Shown: piece after piece, positions 37,672 through 46,504 of the stretch
Numbering within the stretch: the stretch's first letter is position 1
Layout: every line of letters begins with the position of its first letter
Source: Anaeromyxobacteraceae bacterium
GTDB taxonomy: Bacteria; Myxococcota; Myxococcia; Myxococcales; Anaeromyxobacteraceae
DNA length: 64,000 nucleotides
Direction of reading: 5' to 3'
Assembly: GCA_032654565.1 (NCBI GenBank)
Contig: JAULAX010000018.1
Coordinates: 96,001-160,000, forward strand
Position numbers and translations under genes: made by a program
Notes under the pieces: generated by a model
Told to the model about the DNA's origin: nothing
Database searches by the model: none
What the model saw: only the letters and a program-made list of their open reading frames with translations

Positions 37672-39237
37672 ATGGGTGACCGCGATCACCGATGCGAGTG
37701 GCGTGAACGGGCCGAGCAGCTCGAAGGCAAGCTTGGCTACGCCGGTCGCGCGCTGGATGCTGCCGAGAAGATCATCGCCACGCAGACCGAGGCGCTGCGG
37801 GCCAAAGACGAGGTCTTGGCGAAGCAAGGCGAGCAGTTCGCCTCTATCCAGGCCACCGTCGAGAAGCTGCAGCGACACGTCTTCGGCAAGCGCTCCGAGA
37901 AGATCCCGCCGCTGGCCACCGCGCTGCGCGACCCGGCCCGCGCGGAGTCCGAGCGGATCGCGGCCCTGCAGACTCGCCGGGAGAACGCCGAGAAGAAGCG
38001 CCAGCTCGTCACCCGACGTATCGAGCACAAGGTCCGCGAGGATCAGAAGACCTGCCCCAAGTGCGGCGGCCACGACTTCACCAAGCTGGGCGAAGGCGCG
38101 GTGAGCGAGCTCTACGAACTCATCCCGGCCATCGTCGAGCGGCAGCTGCACATCCAGGAGAAGCTGCGCTGCAAGTGTGGCGAGACCGTCATCACCGCCG
38201 ACGGCCCGGACAAGGTCTTCGACAAGGCCCGCGTCGGCCCGACCTTCATGGCCCAGGTGGCCGTCTCGAAGTGTGCCGACGCGCTGCCGCTGCACCGCCA
38301 GGCCAAGGCCTATCGGCGCGTCGGCGTGCAGGTGAACGACTCGGTGCTGGGCGACTACTTCCACCGCACCGCCGAGATCACGAAGCCGATCTCCGACCGG
38401 CTCCTCGACGTGGTGTCCGAGAAGGAGATCGTCCTGGCCGACGAGACCTCGCATCGCGTCCAGGCCAAGGGGAAGACGCGCCGCGCCTGGATCTGGAGCT
38501 TCATCGGGCGCGACGAGGCCGACAGGGAGCTGATCGCCTACGTCTTCTCGGCGAGCCGCTCCAGCGAGACGCCGGAGCGGGTGTTGGAGGGCACCGCCGG
38601 CAAGCTCGTGGCCGACGCCTACAAGGGCTACGACCGCGTCACTACGCAAGGCAAGCGCGTCCGCGCCGGCTGCCTCGCGCACGTCCGAAGGAAGTTCTTC
38701 GACGCCCAGTCGGTCGCGCCCGACGCCGCGAAGCGTGGCATGGACTTCATCCTCGACGTCTACCGCATCGAGCGTGCGGCGCTCGACACCGACGTCCTCG
38801 GCACGGCCGAGCACCTGGCGATGCGCCAGACGTCGAGCCGGGCCGTCATGGAGAACTTCAAGGCCTGGCTCGACGCCGAGAAGGGGCGCCACCCGCCCAA
38901 AGGACCAATAGGCGAGGCCATCAACTACGCCCTCAACCAGTGGGACGAGCTGACGCTGTTCCTCACCGACCAGCACCTGCCGATCGACAACAATGCCTCG
39001 GAGCGCGCCCTCCGCGTCGCCGCACTTGGACGAAAGAACTTCCTCTTTGTCGGAACCAACGAGGCCGGCGAAAACCTCGCCGGCCTCTACTCGCTGATCG
39101 CCACCTGCGAGGCCAACGACGTCAACCCGGTCGACTACCTGGCCGACGTGCTCCTCCGCGTGCAGACCCACCCCGCCTCGCGGATCGACGAACTGCTGCC
39201 GCACAACTGGAGCCCCGTCGAGCTAAACAGTTCGTGA
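37672..39237 (+). CDS. tnpC: IS66 transposase TnpC
   Basis: FGKRSEK, CPKCG zinc finger, ADET, CLAHVRRKF, IDNNASERALR, ELLPHNW motifs. Confidence 0.93.
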   Translation: MGDRDHRCEWRERAEQLEGKLGYAGRALDAAEKIIATQTEALRAKDEVLAKQGEQFASIQATVEKLQRHVFGKRSEKIPPLATALRDPARAESERIAALQTRRENAEKKRQLVTRRIEHKVREDQKTCPKCGGHDFTKLGEGAVSELYELIPAIVERQLHIQEKLRCKCGETVITADGPDKVFDKARVGPTFMAQVAVSKCADALPLHRQAKAYRRVGVQVNDSVLGDYFHRTAEITKPISDRLLDVVSEKEIVLADETSHRVQAKGKTRRAWIWSFIGRDEADRELIAYVFSASRSSETPERVLEGTAGKLVADAYKGYDRVTTQGKRVRAGCLAHVRRKFFDAQSVAPDAAKRGMDFILDVYRIERAALDTDVLGTAEHLAMRQTSSRAVMENFKAWLDAEKGRHPPKGPIGEAINYALNQWDELTLFLTDQHLPIDNNASERALRVAALGRKNFLFVGTNEAGENLAGLYSLIATCEANDVNPVDYLADVLLRVQTHPASRIDELLPHNWSPVELNSS

Positions 39238-39258
39238 TTGGACGGTAATGAGCCGAAG

Positions 39259-39567
39259 CTAATCACCGTAGAACTTCACGTACAGATGGACCTCAGATGC
39301 GCACCGTCCGAAGAGGCCATCGATGCGTTGGAGCAGCGCCAATGCGCCTGGCTCGCGGCACGCCTCAATAAGCCGCTGCCATTCGCACCTCGCCTTCGCT
39401 GCCTGAACTCGGTTGAACACGGTGTCGCCGTACCAGTCGATCGTTGTGACCCACTGATAGGAGGTATCCTCGGGTGACGGAAGCACCCGGTGCAGCAAGT
39501 TGCCCGGGTCGTAAACGGTATCGAGGGCCGTGCCGTCCTCTTGCTCCAGCACCACGCTGAGTCCCAC
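39259..39567 (-). CDS. Hypothetical protein (IS66 passenger)
   Basis: AAGGAGGAG SD before GTG; IDWYGDTVFN...HLYVKFYGD. Confidence 0.7.
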   Translation of the reverse strand: MGLSVVLEQEDGTALDTVYDPGNLLHRVLPSPEDTSYQWVTTIDWYGDTVFNRVQAAKARCEWQRLIEACREPGALALLQRIDGLFGRCASEVHLYVKFYGD

Positions 39568-39680
39568 CGTGACTCCTCCTTGCACCTGGTGGTGCGGGCC
39601 AAGTCTACGTCAAGACGTCGGTGGCCGGCCGGTTACGGTAAGTAGCCGATCTGATCCCTGACTGGCACCCTCCACCGGAC

Positions 39681-39702
39681 CGGGTAGCAACCGGGTAACA
39701 AG
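39681..39702 (+). repeat. Second candidate arm-type site
   Basis: Identical to 26347-26368. Confidence 0.7.
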
Positions 39703-39788
39703 CGCCGTGCGCTTTGTTGCAGATCGTGGGCGACCGTGCTCGGAGGTGGTTGGAGCGGCCTGAGGGATTCCGCGACCTTGCGCGGCCG

Positions 39789-41307
39789 GAACCTGTCAAC
39801 ACGAATGAGACAACCTGCTGCTGAGATTACTGACGCACTTCCTCTGTCGGTGAAATCTGCTGCGGCTTGTTGATCCAGACCTCGGTGGGCACGGCGCCGG
39901 CCGACGGGGCGCCGGCGGGGAACCGCTCGGGCCGATCGGCGAAGGCGGCCGCCAGGACCGCGCTGCGGGCCTCCAGGCGGGCGCCGGCGAGGCCGTGGTG
40001 GACGTCGTGGGGCGTGAGGAGGCCGAGGCCACCGTGGCGGTGCTCGTTGTTGTACCAGCCGAAGAAGTCGACGCAGTGGGCCCGGCCGTGCTCGATGGCG
40101 CCGAAGCGCTCCGGGAAGTCGGGCCGGTACTTCATGGTCTTGAACTGAGACTCGGAGAACGGGTTGTCGTTCGAGACGTGGGGCCGCGAGTGGCTCTTGG
40201 TGACGCCCAGGTCCGCGAGCATGAGCGCGACGGGCTTAGAGCGCATCGAGGTGCCGCGGTCGGCGTGGACCGTGAGCTGGTCGCGCTGGATGCCCTGGCG
40301 CTCACAGGTCTCGCGGATGAGCCGCTCGGCGAGCGCGGCGGTCTCGCGGTGCGCGAGCATCCAGCCGACCACGTACCTGCTGTAGACGTCGAGGATCACG
40401 TACAGGTGGAATTAGGTCCACTTCCGAGGGCCGAGCAGCTTGGTGATGTCCCAGCTCCAGAGCTGGTTCGGCCCGGTGGCCAGCAGCTCGGGTGCCGTGT
40501 AGGCCGGGTGGCGCAGCTGGTCGCGGCGCTCGCGAACCTCCGCGTTCTCAGCCAGGACGCGGTACATCGTGCGCTCCGAGCAGAGGTAGCGCCCCTCGTC
40601 GAGCAGCGTCGCGTGGACCTCGGCCGGCGCGAGGTCGGCGAAGCGCGGCTCGTTCAGCACGTCGAGCACGGCGCGCTTCTCGGTGGCGTCCAAGGCGCGA
40701 TGGGAGGTCCGCTTCGCCCGCGGCCGTGGCGGCCTGAGGCGACGGTAGTAGGTAGCCTTGGGGAGCCCCACGGCCGCACAGGCCGCGGCGAAGCCGAGGC
40801 GCGGGCCAAGCTCGGTGACGGCCTGCATCACCGCTCCTCGTCGGGCTTCGGGAGTTGGATCCCCAGCAGCTCCGAGACTTTTTTTGGAGCTCAACGAGCC
40901 CTTCCGCACGCTCCGCGCGCCGCTGCAGGCGGGCGTTGTCACGCTGCAGCTCGACGACCTTGCGCTCGAGCGGGTGCGGAACCTTCGCCGCCGGCCCGCG
41001 CTTCCTGGGGGTCAGCCCGGCCAAGGCTCCGCTGTCGCGGGCCCGCCGCCACTCGACCAGGTGGGACGAATACAGGCCCTCTCGCCGCAGCAAGGCGCCG
41101 ATCTCGCCGGCCTTGGTGCAGGCATCGGCCTCGGCAAGCACCTTCCGCTTGAACTCGGCGGTGAACTGCCGCCTCCGGGGCTTCGCGGTCACTTCGGTCT
41201 CCTGCCCAACCAAACCCATCTCTGCGGTGCTCACGTGGAAGTCCAAGCTCGCCCTTCTACACTAAACTCCGTGGGGGTCGTTGTCTCACTCACGTTGGCA
41301 GAGAGGG
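39789..41307 (-). mobile_element. IS3-family element, degenerate (exact ends uncertain)
   Basis: 21-bp imperfect inverted repeats at 39794-39814 and 41280-41300; GGCCG direct repeat at 39784-88 and 41308-12. Confidence 0.8.
39827..41246 (-). pseudogene. IS3 orfA/orfB transposase pseudogene
   Basis: RRQFTAEFK orfA; WSWDIT/HADRG/DNPFSE DDE core; in-frame TAA at 40412-14 (KWT*FHLY); A7 run at 40879-85 leaves orfA out of register. Confidence 0.85.
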
Positions 41308-41351
41308 GGCCGTGTCGCCTGGTACACCGCCGTGCAAACCGCGTCCGAGAT

Positions 41352-41411
41352 TTGCCAAGGCGAGGGTCGACGGTTCAAATCCGTTTTCCCGCTCCAGTTC
41401 GAACCCCCGGT
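41352..41411 (+). repeat. attR core (3' tRNA-Gly fragment)
   Basis: 60-bp identity to 26213-26272. Confidence 0.95.
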
Positions 41412-41441
41412 CGCCTCCCAGGTGGCCGGGGGTTTCTTCTT
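41404..41441 (+). terminator. Original tRNA-Gly terminator (displaced)
   Basis: CCCCCGGTCGCCT..AGGTGGCCGGGGG hairpin followed by TTTCTTCTT. Confidence 0.7.
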
Positions 41442-41660
41442 GGAGACCTGGGGAAGCATCACCGGGTCCGTCCGGTGGAGGGGGACGCGGTTCCTCCGCC
41501 CGTCCGTGGCGCGGACCGCTCCACTCCGGTTCCTCCAGTGTTCTTGCGGTCGGAGCTCGGCACGAAGGTTGCTCGTCCAGGCGGTCATGGTCCCCTCAGG
41601 AATCTGCCGCCGTCGCCGTGAACGGCTTGCACGGTATCCGTGTAAGCGATATAGGTTCCC

Positions 41661-41954
41661 ATCATCCTCGACTTCGCCGATGAAGCCACCGAGGACATCT
41701 TCAACGGGGCGAGGAGCAAGGCCGCCCGCCGGTGCTTGCCGCAGGAGCTCTGGCCGACAGCCCACCGGAAGCTCGACCGGCTCAACCGGGCGACCGAGCC
41801 CCGCGACCTGGCCGACCCGCCGGGGAACCGGCTCGAGGCCTTGAAGGGTGACGACGCGGGCTTCTTCAGCATCCGGGTGAACGACCAGTACCGGATCGTC
41901 TTCCGCTTCGAGAACGGTGACGCCCGCCAGGTCCAGATCGTCGATTATCACTGA
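41661..41954 (+). CDS. higB: HigB-like RelE-superfamily toxin (no canonical start; ATC at the Met position)
   Basis: FADEATEDIF...RKLDRL...PPGNRLEALKGD..G.FSIRVNDQYRIVF...IVDYH. Confidence 0.8.
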   Translation: MILDFADEATEDIFNGARSKAARRCLPQELWPTAHRKLDRLNRATEPRDLADPPGNRLEALKGDDAGFFSIRVNDQYRIVFRFENGDARQVQIVDYH

Positions 41955-41965
41955 GGAGAGCCGTC

Positions 41966-42283
41966 ATGCTGCCAAAGAACCGCCCCCCGACCCCGCCCGG
42001 CGAGATGCTGCTGGAGGAGTACCTGAAGCCGCGCGGTCTCACCCAGGTCGAGCTGGCGGCGCGCATGGGCGTGCCGATCCAGCGGGTCAACACCATCGTC
42101 AACGGGAAGCGCGGCGTCACCGCCGAGACGGCCATCCTGCTGTCGGAGGCGCTCAACACCTCGCCCGAGCTCTGGATGGGGCTGCAGTCGGACCACGACC
42201 TCTGGCACGCGCTCCGGAAGCGCGCCGAGGCGCGCGCGAAGCCGCAACGGTCGAAGGGCCACGGCAAGCACCAGGCGGTGTGA
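41966..42283 (+). CDS. higA: HigA antitoxin
   Basis: PTPPGEMLLEEYLKP.GLTQ..LA...NGKRGVTAETA..LS...TSPELWMGLQ; GAGGAG SD. Confidence 0.92.
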   Translation: MLPKNRPPTPPGEMLLEEYLKPRGLTQVELAARMGVPIQRVNTIVNGKRGVTAETAILLSEALNTSPELWMGLQSDHDLWHALRKRAEARAKPQRSKGHGKHQAV

Positions 42284-42484
42284 GCCCCGGCGCGTCGATC
42301 CCGCGCGGAGCATCCTTCGCTCCGTGCCCACCTGTGCTTCGGCCCAGCACGACGGTCCGGAACGGGCCAGGAGGCAGGAAGGGACGGAACGGGATTCGGG
42401 AAGGCTGACGGCAGGCCGCATGGCCCACCCCAGCGACCCGCAGTATGATCGACCGCAACCCCACCGCTGCCCCGGAGAACTCCG

Positions 42485-45205
42485 ATGACCTGGCTCACCA
42501 GCGCCCTCGCCGCGCACCTCCTGCTGGCCGCCCCTGCCACCGCCAGGCTCCCGGCCGCCGAGGTCCGCCTGGACGGCCCGGCGCTGGCCGCGCTGCGGGC
42601 CCGCGCCATCGGCCCGGCCATCATGAGCGGGCGGATCGTCGACGTGGCGGTCGATCCCGGCGACCCCGAGACCTTCTACCTGGCCCACTCCACGGGCGGC
42701 CTCTTCAAGACCACCAACGGCGGCGACACCTTCGCGCCGCTCCTCGACGCCGAGGTCGCCGTCTCGGCCGGCGCCGTGGCGGTGTCGCCGCTCGACTCGC
42801 GCGTGGTCTGGGTGGGCACCGGCGAGGACAGCGACCGGAACAGCGCCGGCTTCGGCAGGGGGCTGCTCCGCTCCGAGGACGGCGGGGAGCGGTGGGCACC
42901 GGCGGGGCTGGCGGCGAGCCGGGCCGTGGCCCGCATCGTCCCCGACGCCGCCGACGCCAGGGCCGCCTGGGCCTGCGTGGCCGGCGACCTGTGGGGGCCG
43001 GGCGGCGAGCGCGGCGTCTACCGGACGGCCGACGGCGGCAAGACCTGGGCGCGCCAGCTGGCGGCCCCGGCCCCGCACGACAAGCTGACCGGCTGCGCCG
43101 ACCTGGTCGCCGACCCCGCCGACCCCAAGGTGCTCTACGCGGCGCTCTACGCCCGGCGCCGCACCCCCTGGTCGTTCGAGTACGGCACGGCCGTCACCGG
43201 CGGCGCCGACGTGGGCGGCGTCTGGAAGACCTCCGACGGCGGCGCCACCTGGAAGAAGCTGGGCGGCGGCCTCCCGTCGCGTACCGGCAACATCGGCCTG
43301 GCGGTGGCGGCCAGCGACCCCAGGGTGATCATGGCGGTGGTCCAGAGCGACGAGGGCGGCACCTCCGCGCTGGACGAGATCCGCAGCCGGGTCGGCGGCG
43401 TGTTCCGCAGCGAGGACGGCGGCGCCACCTGGACCCGCCGCTCGCCCCTCAACCCGCGCCCCTTCTACTTCAGCCAGGTCCGGGTCGATCCGCTCAACCC
43501 GCAGCGGGTCTACGTGCTCGGCTTCATGCTCCACGTCTCCGAGGACGGCGGCAAGACCTTCCGCGAGGACCTCTTCCAGAAGGTCCACGCCGACTGCCAC
43601 GCGCTCGCCATCGTGCCCGGCGCCGCCCCGCGCCGGCCCGACCCGGACCGGCCCGGCGAGCCGCCTCCCCCGCCGGTGTCGCGCCGGCTCATCCTCGGCA
43701 CCGACGGCGGCGCCTACGCCTCTCGCGACGGCGGGGCCAGTTGGAACCACCTGGCCACCTTCCCGGCCGGCCAGTTCTACCGGATCGCCGTGGACGACTC
43801 CTCGCCCTACAGGATCTGCGGCGGCCTGCAGGACAACCTGACCTGGCTCGGCCCGAGCCGCACCTGGAGCAAGGACGGCATCACCGGCGCCGACTGGGCG
43901 AACCTGGGCGGCGGCGACGGCTTCTACTGCGCCTTCGATCCGGGCGACCGCGACGTCGTCTACCTCGAGTCGCAGCAGGGGTACGTCCAGCGGACCAACC
44001 TGCGCACCGGCGAGATGCGCGGCCTGCGCCCCGAGCCCTCGGAGGGGCAGGAGGCCTACCGCTTCCACTGGAACGCCCCGCTGATCATGAGCCGGCACCA
44101 GAAGGGGGTGCTCTGGCTGGGCGGCAACCGGGTCTTCCGGCTGGAGCGGCAGGCGGAGCGCTTCGAGGTGGTCAGCGGCGACCTCACGGCGGCCGACCCG
44201 AGGAAGACCCGCACGGTGGGCAGCGGCGCCGAGAACCACGCGGTGATCTATGCGCTGGCGGAGTCGCCGCGGAAGGCCGGGATGCTCTGGGCCGGCACCG
44301 ACGACGGCCGCCTCTGGCTCACCGAGGACGGCGGGAAGGGCTGGACCGACCTCACCGTCGGCCTGCCGGCGGCGGTGAAGGGGCAGTGGATCTCCCGGCT
44401 CGAGCCTTCCCACCACGACGACCAGGTGGCCTACCTGGTGGTGAACGCCTACCGCTCGCAGGACCTGCGCCCGCACGTGTTCCGGACCGCGGACCGCGGC
44501 AGGACCTGGCGCTCGGTGGCCGGGGACCTGCCGGCCGACCTGCCGGTGCGGCTGGTGCGCGAGAGCCCGCGCAACTCCAGGGTGCTCTTCGCCGGGACCG
44601 AGTTCGGCCTCTACCTGACGCTCGACGGCGGCGGCCACTGGACCCGCTTCGGCGAGGTGCCGGCGGTCATCGTCGACGACCTGGTCATCCACCCGCGCGA
44701 GCGCGACCTGGTGATCGCCACGCACGGGCGGAGCCTCTACGTGGTCGACGACGTCGGCCCGCTCGAGGAGGCCACCCCGGAGGCGCTCGCCAAGGAGGCC
44801 CACCTCTTCGCGCCGCGTCCCGCCTTCGGTCGCTACCTCATGCCCGGCTGGGTCGACGCGGCCGGCAAGGTCGGCTTCCGCGGCCCCAACCCGCCGGAGG
44901 GGGCGCTCATCACCTTCCACGTCCGGGCACCGCTCGCCGAGCCGGTCAAGATCATGATCGCCACTGCCGCCGGGACCCCGGTGGCGGGCTTCGAGGTGCC
45001 CGGCGTGCCCGGCCTCGGTCGCGTCGCCTGGAACCTGCGCCCCACCAAGGACTTCATGACGGAGTATGGCGGGGAGGGGCCGGACCGGCTGGTCCCGCCG
45101 GGCGAGTACGTGGTGACGCTCGCCTACGGGAAGGCCAAGGAGAAGCAGAAGCTCCAGGTGACGGTCGCGGAGGGGATCCAGGTCCGCTACGCCCCGCTCC
45201 GGTAG
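42485..45205 (+). CDS. Secreted BNR/VPS10 beta-propeller protein (putative glycosyl hydrolase)
   Basis: RAIGPA.MSGRI start, many S/T.DGG.TW Asp-boxes, GGLQDN, ATHGRS. Confidence 0.88.
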   Translation: MTWLTSALAAHLLLAAPATARLPAAEVRLDGPALAALRARAIGPAIMSGRIVDVAVDPGDPETFYLAHSTGGLFKTTNGGDTFAPLLDAEVAVSAGAVAVSPLDSRVVWVGTGEDSDRNSAGFGRGLLRSEDGGERWAPAGLAASRAVARIVPDAADARAAWACVAGDLWGPGGERGVYRTADGGKTWARQLAAPAPHDKLTGCADLVADPADPKVLYAALYARRRTPWSFEYGTAVTGGADVGGVWKTSDGGATWKKLGGGLPSRTGNIGLAVAASDPRVIMAVVQSDEGGTSALDEIRSRVGGVFRSEDGGATWTRRSPLNPRPFYFSQVRVDPLNPQRVYVLGFMLHVSEDGGKTFREDLFQKVHADCHALAIVPGAAPRRPDPDRPGEPPPPPVSRRLILGTDGGAYASRDGGASWNHLATFPAGQFYRIAVDDSSPYRICGGLQDNLTWLGPSRTWSKDGITGADWANLGGGDGFYCAFDPGDRDVVYLESQQGYVQRTNLRTGEMRGLRPEPSEGQEAYRFHWNAPLIMSRHQKGVLWLGGNRVFRLERQAERFEVVSGDLTAADPRKTRTVGSGAENHAVIYALAESPRKAGMLWAGTDDGRLWLTEDGGKGWTDLTVGLPAAVKGQWISRLEPSHHDDQVAYLVVNAYRSQDLRPHVFRTADRGRTWRSVAGDLPADLPVRLVRESPRNSRVLFAGTEFGLYLTLDGGGHWTRFGEVPAVIVDDLVIHPRERDLVIATHGRSLYVVDDVGPLEEATPEALAKEAHLFAPRPAFGRYLMPGWVDAAGKVGFRGPNPPEGALITFHVRAPLAEPVKIMIATAAGTPVAGFEVPGVPGLGRVAWNLRPTKDFMTEYGGEGPDRLVPPGEYVVTLAYGKAKEKQKLQVTVAEGIQVRYAPLR

Positions 45206-45371
45206 CTCCCGGGCCCCGGCGCGAAGGGCGCGGTGCTGCTGGTTCGGCTGGGCCGTGGCCACGATGACCGGCCGGGGGGACCGATCGGCTGCAGCGCCCG
45301 GAGCCCTGCCGCGGGGAACGTTCAGTCCCTCCGCGGCAGGAGTCCCGGGTTGATGGATACCGAGGAGATGG

Positions 45372-46250
45372 CTACTTCCGGGGCTGGGTGACGGTGCTCA
45401 TCTGCAGGGTGACGGCGGTCTGCGCCAGCAGCCGGCCATTCACCGAGGCCCCGGTGTTCATGGCGATGAGGGTCTTCGCCAGCACCACGCCCTCGAGGTG
45501 CGCGGTGGTCCCGACGGTGACGTCGCCGGCGACCTGCCAGAAGACGTTCTTGGCCAGGGCGCCGCCGGTCAGGATCACCCGGGTGGCGCTGGCCTGGTTC
45601 ATGGTGCCCGCCACCTGGAAGATCCAGATGCTCTTGGAACCACCGGAGAGGGTGACGTTGGTGGAGATGTTGAGGTCGGTGCCCCACTTGTAGAGGCCCG
45701 GGACCAGCGTCAGCCCGCCGATCTCGCCGGCGCCCAGCTCGGTGAAGTCAGGAGAGACCCGGCCCGCGGCGTTGTTGTAGGCCAGCTCCATGTCGCCGAC
45801 CGCGACGGTCAGGGAGGTGGCGTTGTTCACGGCGCAGGGGGAAGGGCCCGCGGCGTCGACGACCGAGATGGTGCCCGACACCTCGGCGCAGCTGAGCAGG
45901 AGGGCGGCGCCGGTGATGGGGCTGGTCCCGACGTTCCCGGTGACGGCGGACGGCGCGACGTCGGTGATGCCGGACTTGCTCAGGATGGCGAAGCGACCCG
46001 CGGTGCCGAGGTTGACGGCGGTCCCGGTGGCCGGGCTGGTGGAGCCGCCGCCGCCGTGGCCGTCCTTGGTCTGGTGGTTGTCGCCCTTGGTCCGGGACTT
46101 CTCGGTCTGGCTCCGGGACAGGGTCGGCGTCGACGAGGCGTCGCCGCCATCGGCTGCGCTCACGGGCTCGGCGGTCCCGCAGGCGCCGAGAGAGAGGATG
46201 AGGACGGCGGCGGCGGTCATGGAAAAGCCCTGCTTGTGCGTCGGCGACAT
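45372..46250 (-). CDS. Ice-binding-family (DUF3494) lipoprotein
   Basis: Lipobox LGAC; VNLGTAG.FAILSKSGIT, LVPGLYKW, WIFQ, NVFWQVAG, GRLLAQTAVTL. Confidence 0.9.
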   Translation of the reverse strand: MSPTHKQGFSMTAAAVLILSLGACGTAEPVSAADGGDASSTPTLSRSQTEKSRTKGDNHQTKDGHGGGGSTSPATGTAVNLGTAGRFAILSKSGITDVAPSAVTGNVGTSPITGAALLLSCAEVSGTISVVDAAGPSPCAVNNATSLTVAVGDMELAYNNAAGRVSPDFTELGAGEIGGLTLVPGLYKWGTDLNISTNVTLSGGSKSIWIFQVAGTMNQASATRVILTGGALAKNVFWQVAGDVTVGTTAHLEGVVLAKTLIAMNTGASVNGRLLAQTAVTLQMSTVTQPRK

Positions 46251-46378
46251 GGTGACTCCGGGTGGTGCAGTGGTGGACCACCCTCGGCTTCGTGGGACCG
46301 GGTGGGCGAGGTCGCGGGATGGGGGTTGACTCCCGCGCTCTCGGATACGGCAGCTGACTTCCAGCCGATGGAACCCAA

Positions 46379-46395
46379 TGCGGCTTCCGTGCCGG
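46379..46395 (-). promoter_or_regulatory. Candidate sigma54 (-24/-12) promoter of the ice-binding gene
   Basis: CCGGCACGGAAGCCGCA: GG-N10-GC with GGCACG. Confidence 0.45.
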
Positions 46396-46504
46396 TTCGC
46401 GACCAACACGAAACGGCCAGATCACGGGCGGTTGCGAAGCGAGGCGCGACCGGGCTATGGCGCAAGTGCCATATCTAGGGTACAGGGACCATAGCTACCG
46501 AGCC

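Larger units (their letters stand above)
36793..39636 (+). mobile_element. IS66-family insertion sequence with a passenger ORF
   Basis: GTAACCGGCCGG terminal inverted repeats; flanking direct repeat GGTAAGT (36786-92, 39637-43). Confidence 0.93.
26213..41411. mobile_element. Integrative element (genomic island) in tRNA-Gly with integrase and Rep_trans initiator
   Basis: Identical 60-bp direct repeats at both ends, adjacent integrase, lower-GC cargo, three IS elements. Confidence 0.92.

Noticed and set aside
41352..41396. Second tRNA-Gly gene
   Set aside because: Only the 3' part from the anticodon loop onward is present; it is attR.
26213..41411. Prophage or full ICE
   Set aside because: No capsid, terminase, tail, Zot-like ATPase or T4SS genes are recognisable.
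41948..45267. 1104-aa and 940-aa ORFs overlapping the BNR gene
   Set aside because: Antisense and off-frame shadows with no domain motifs.
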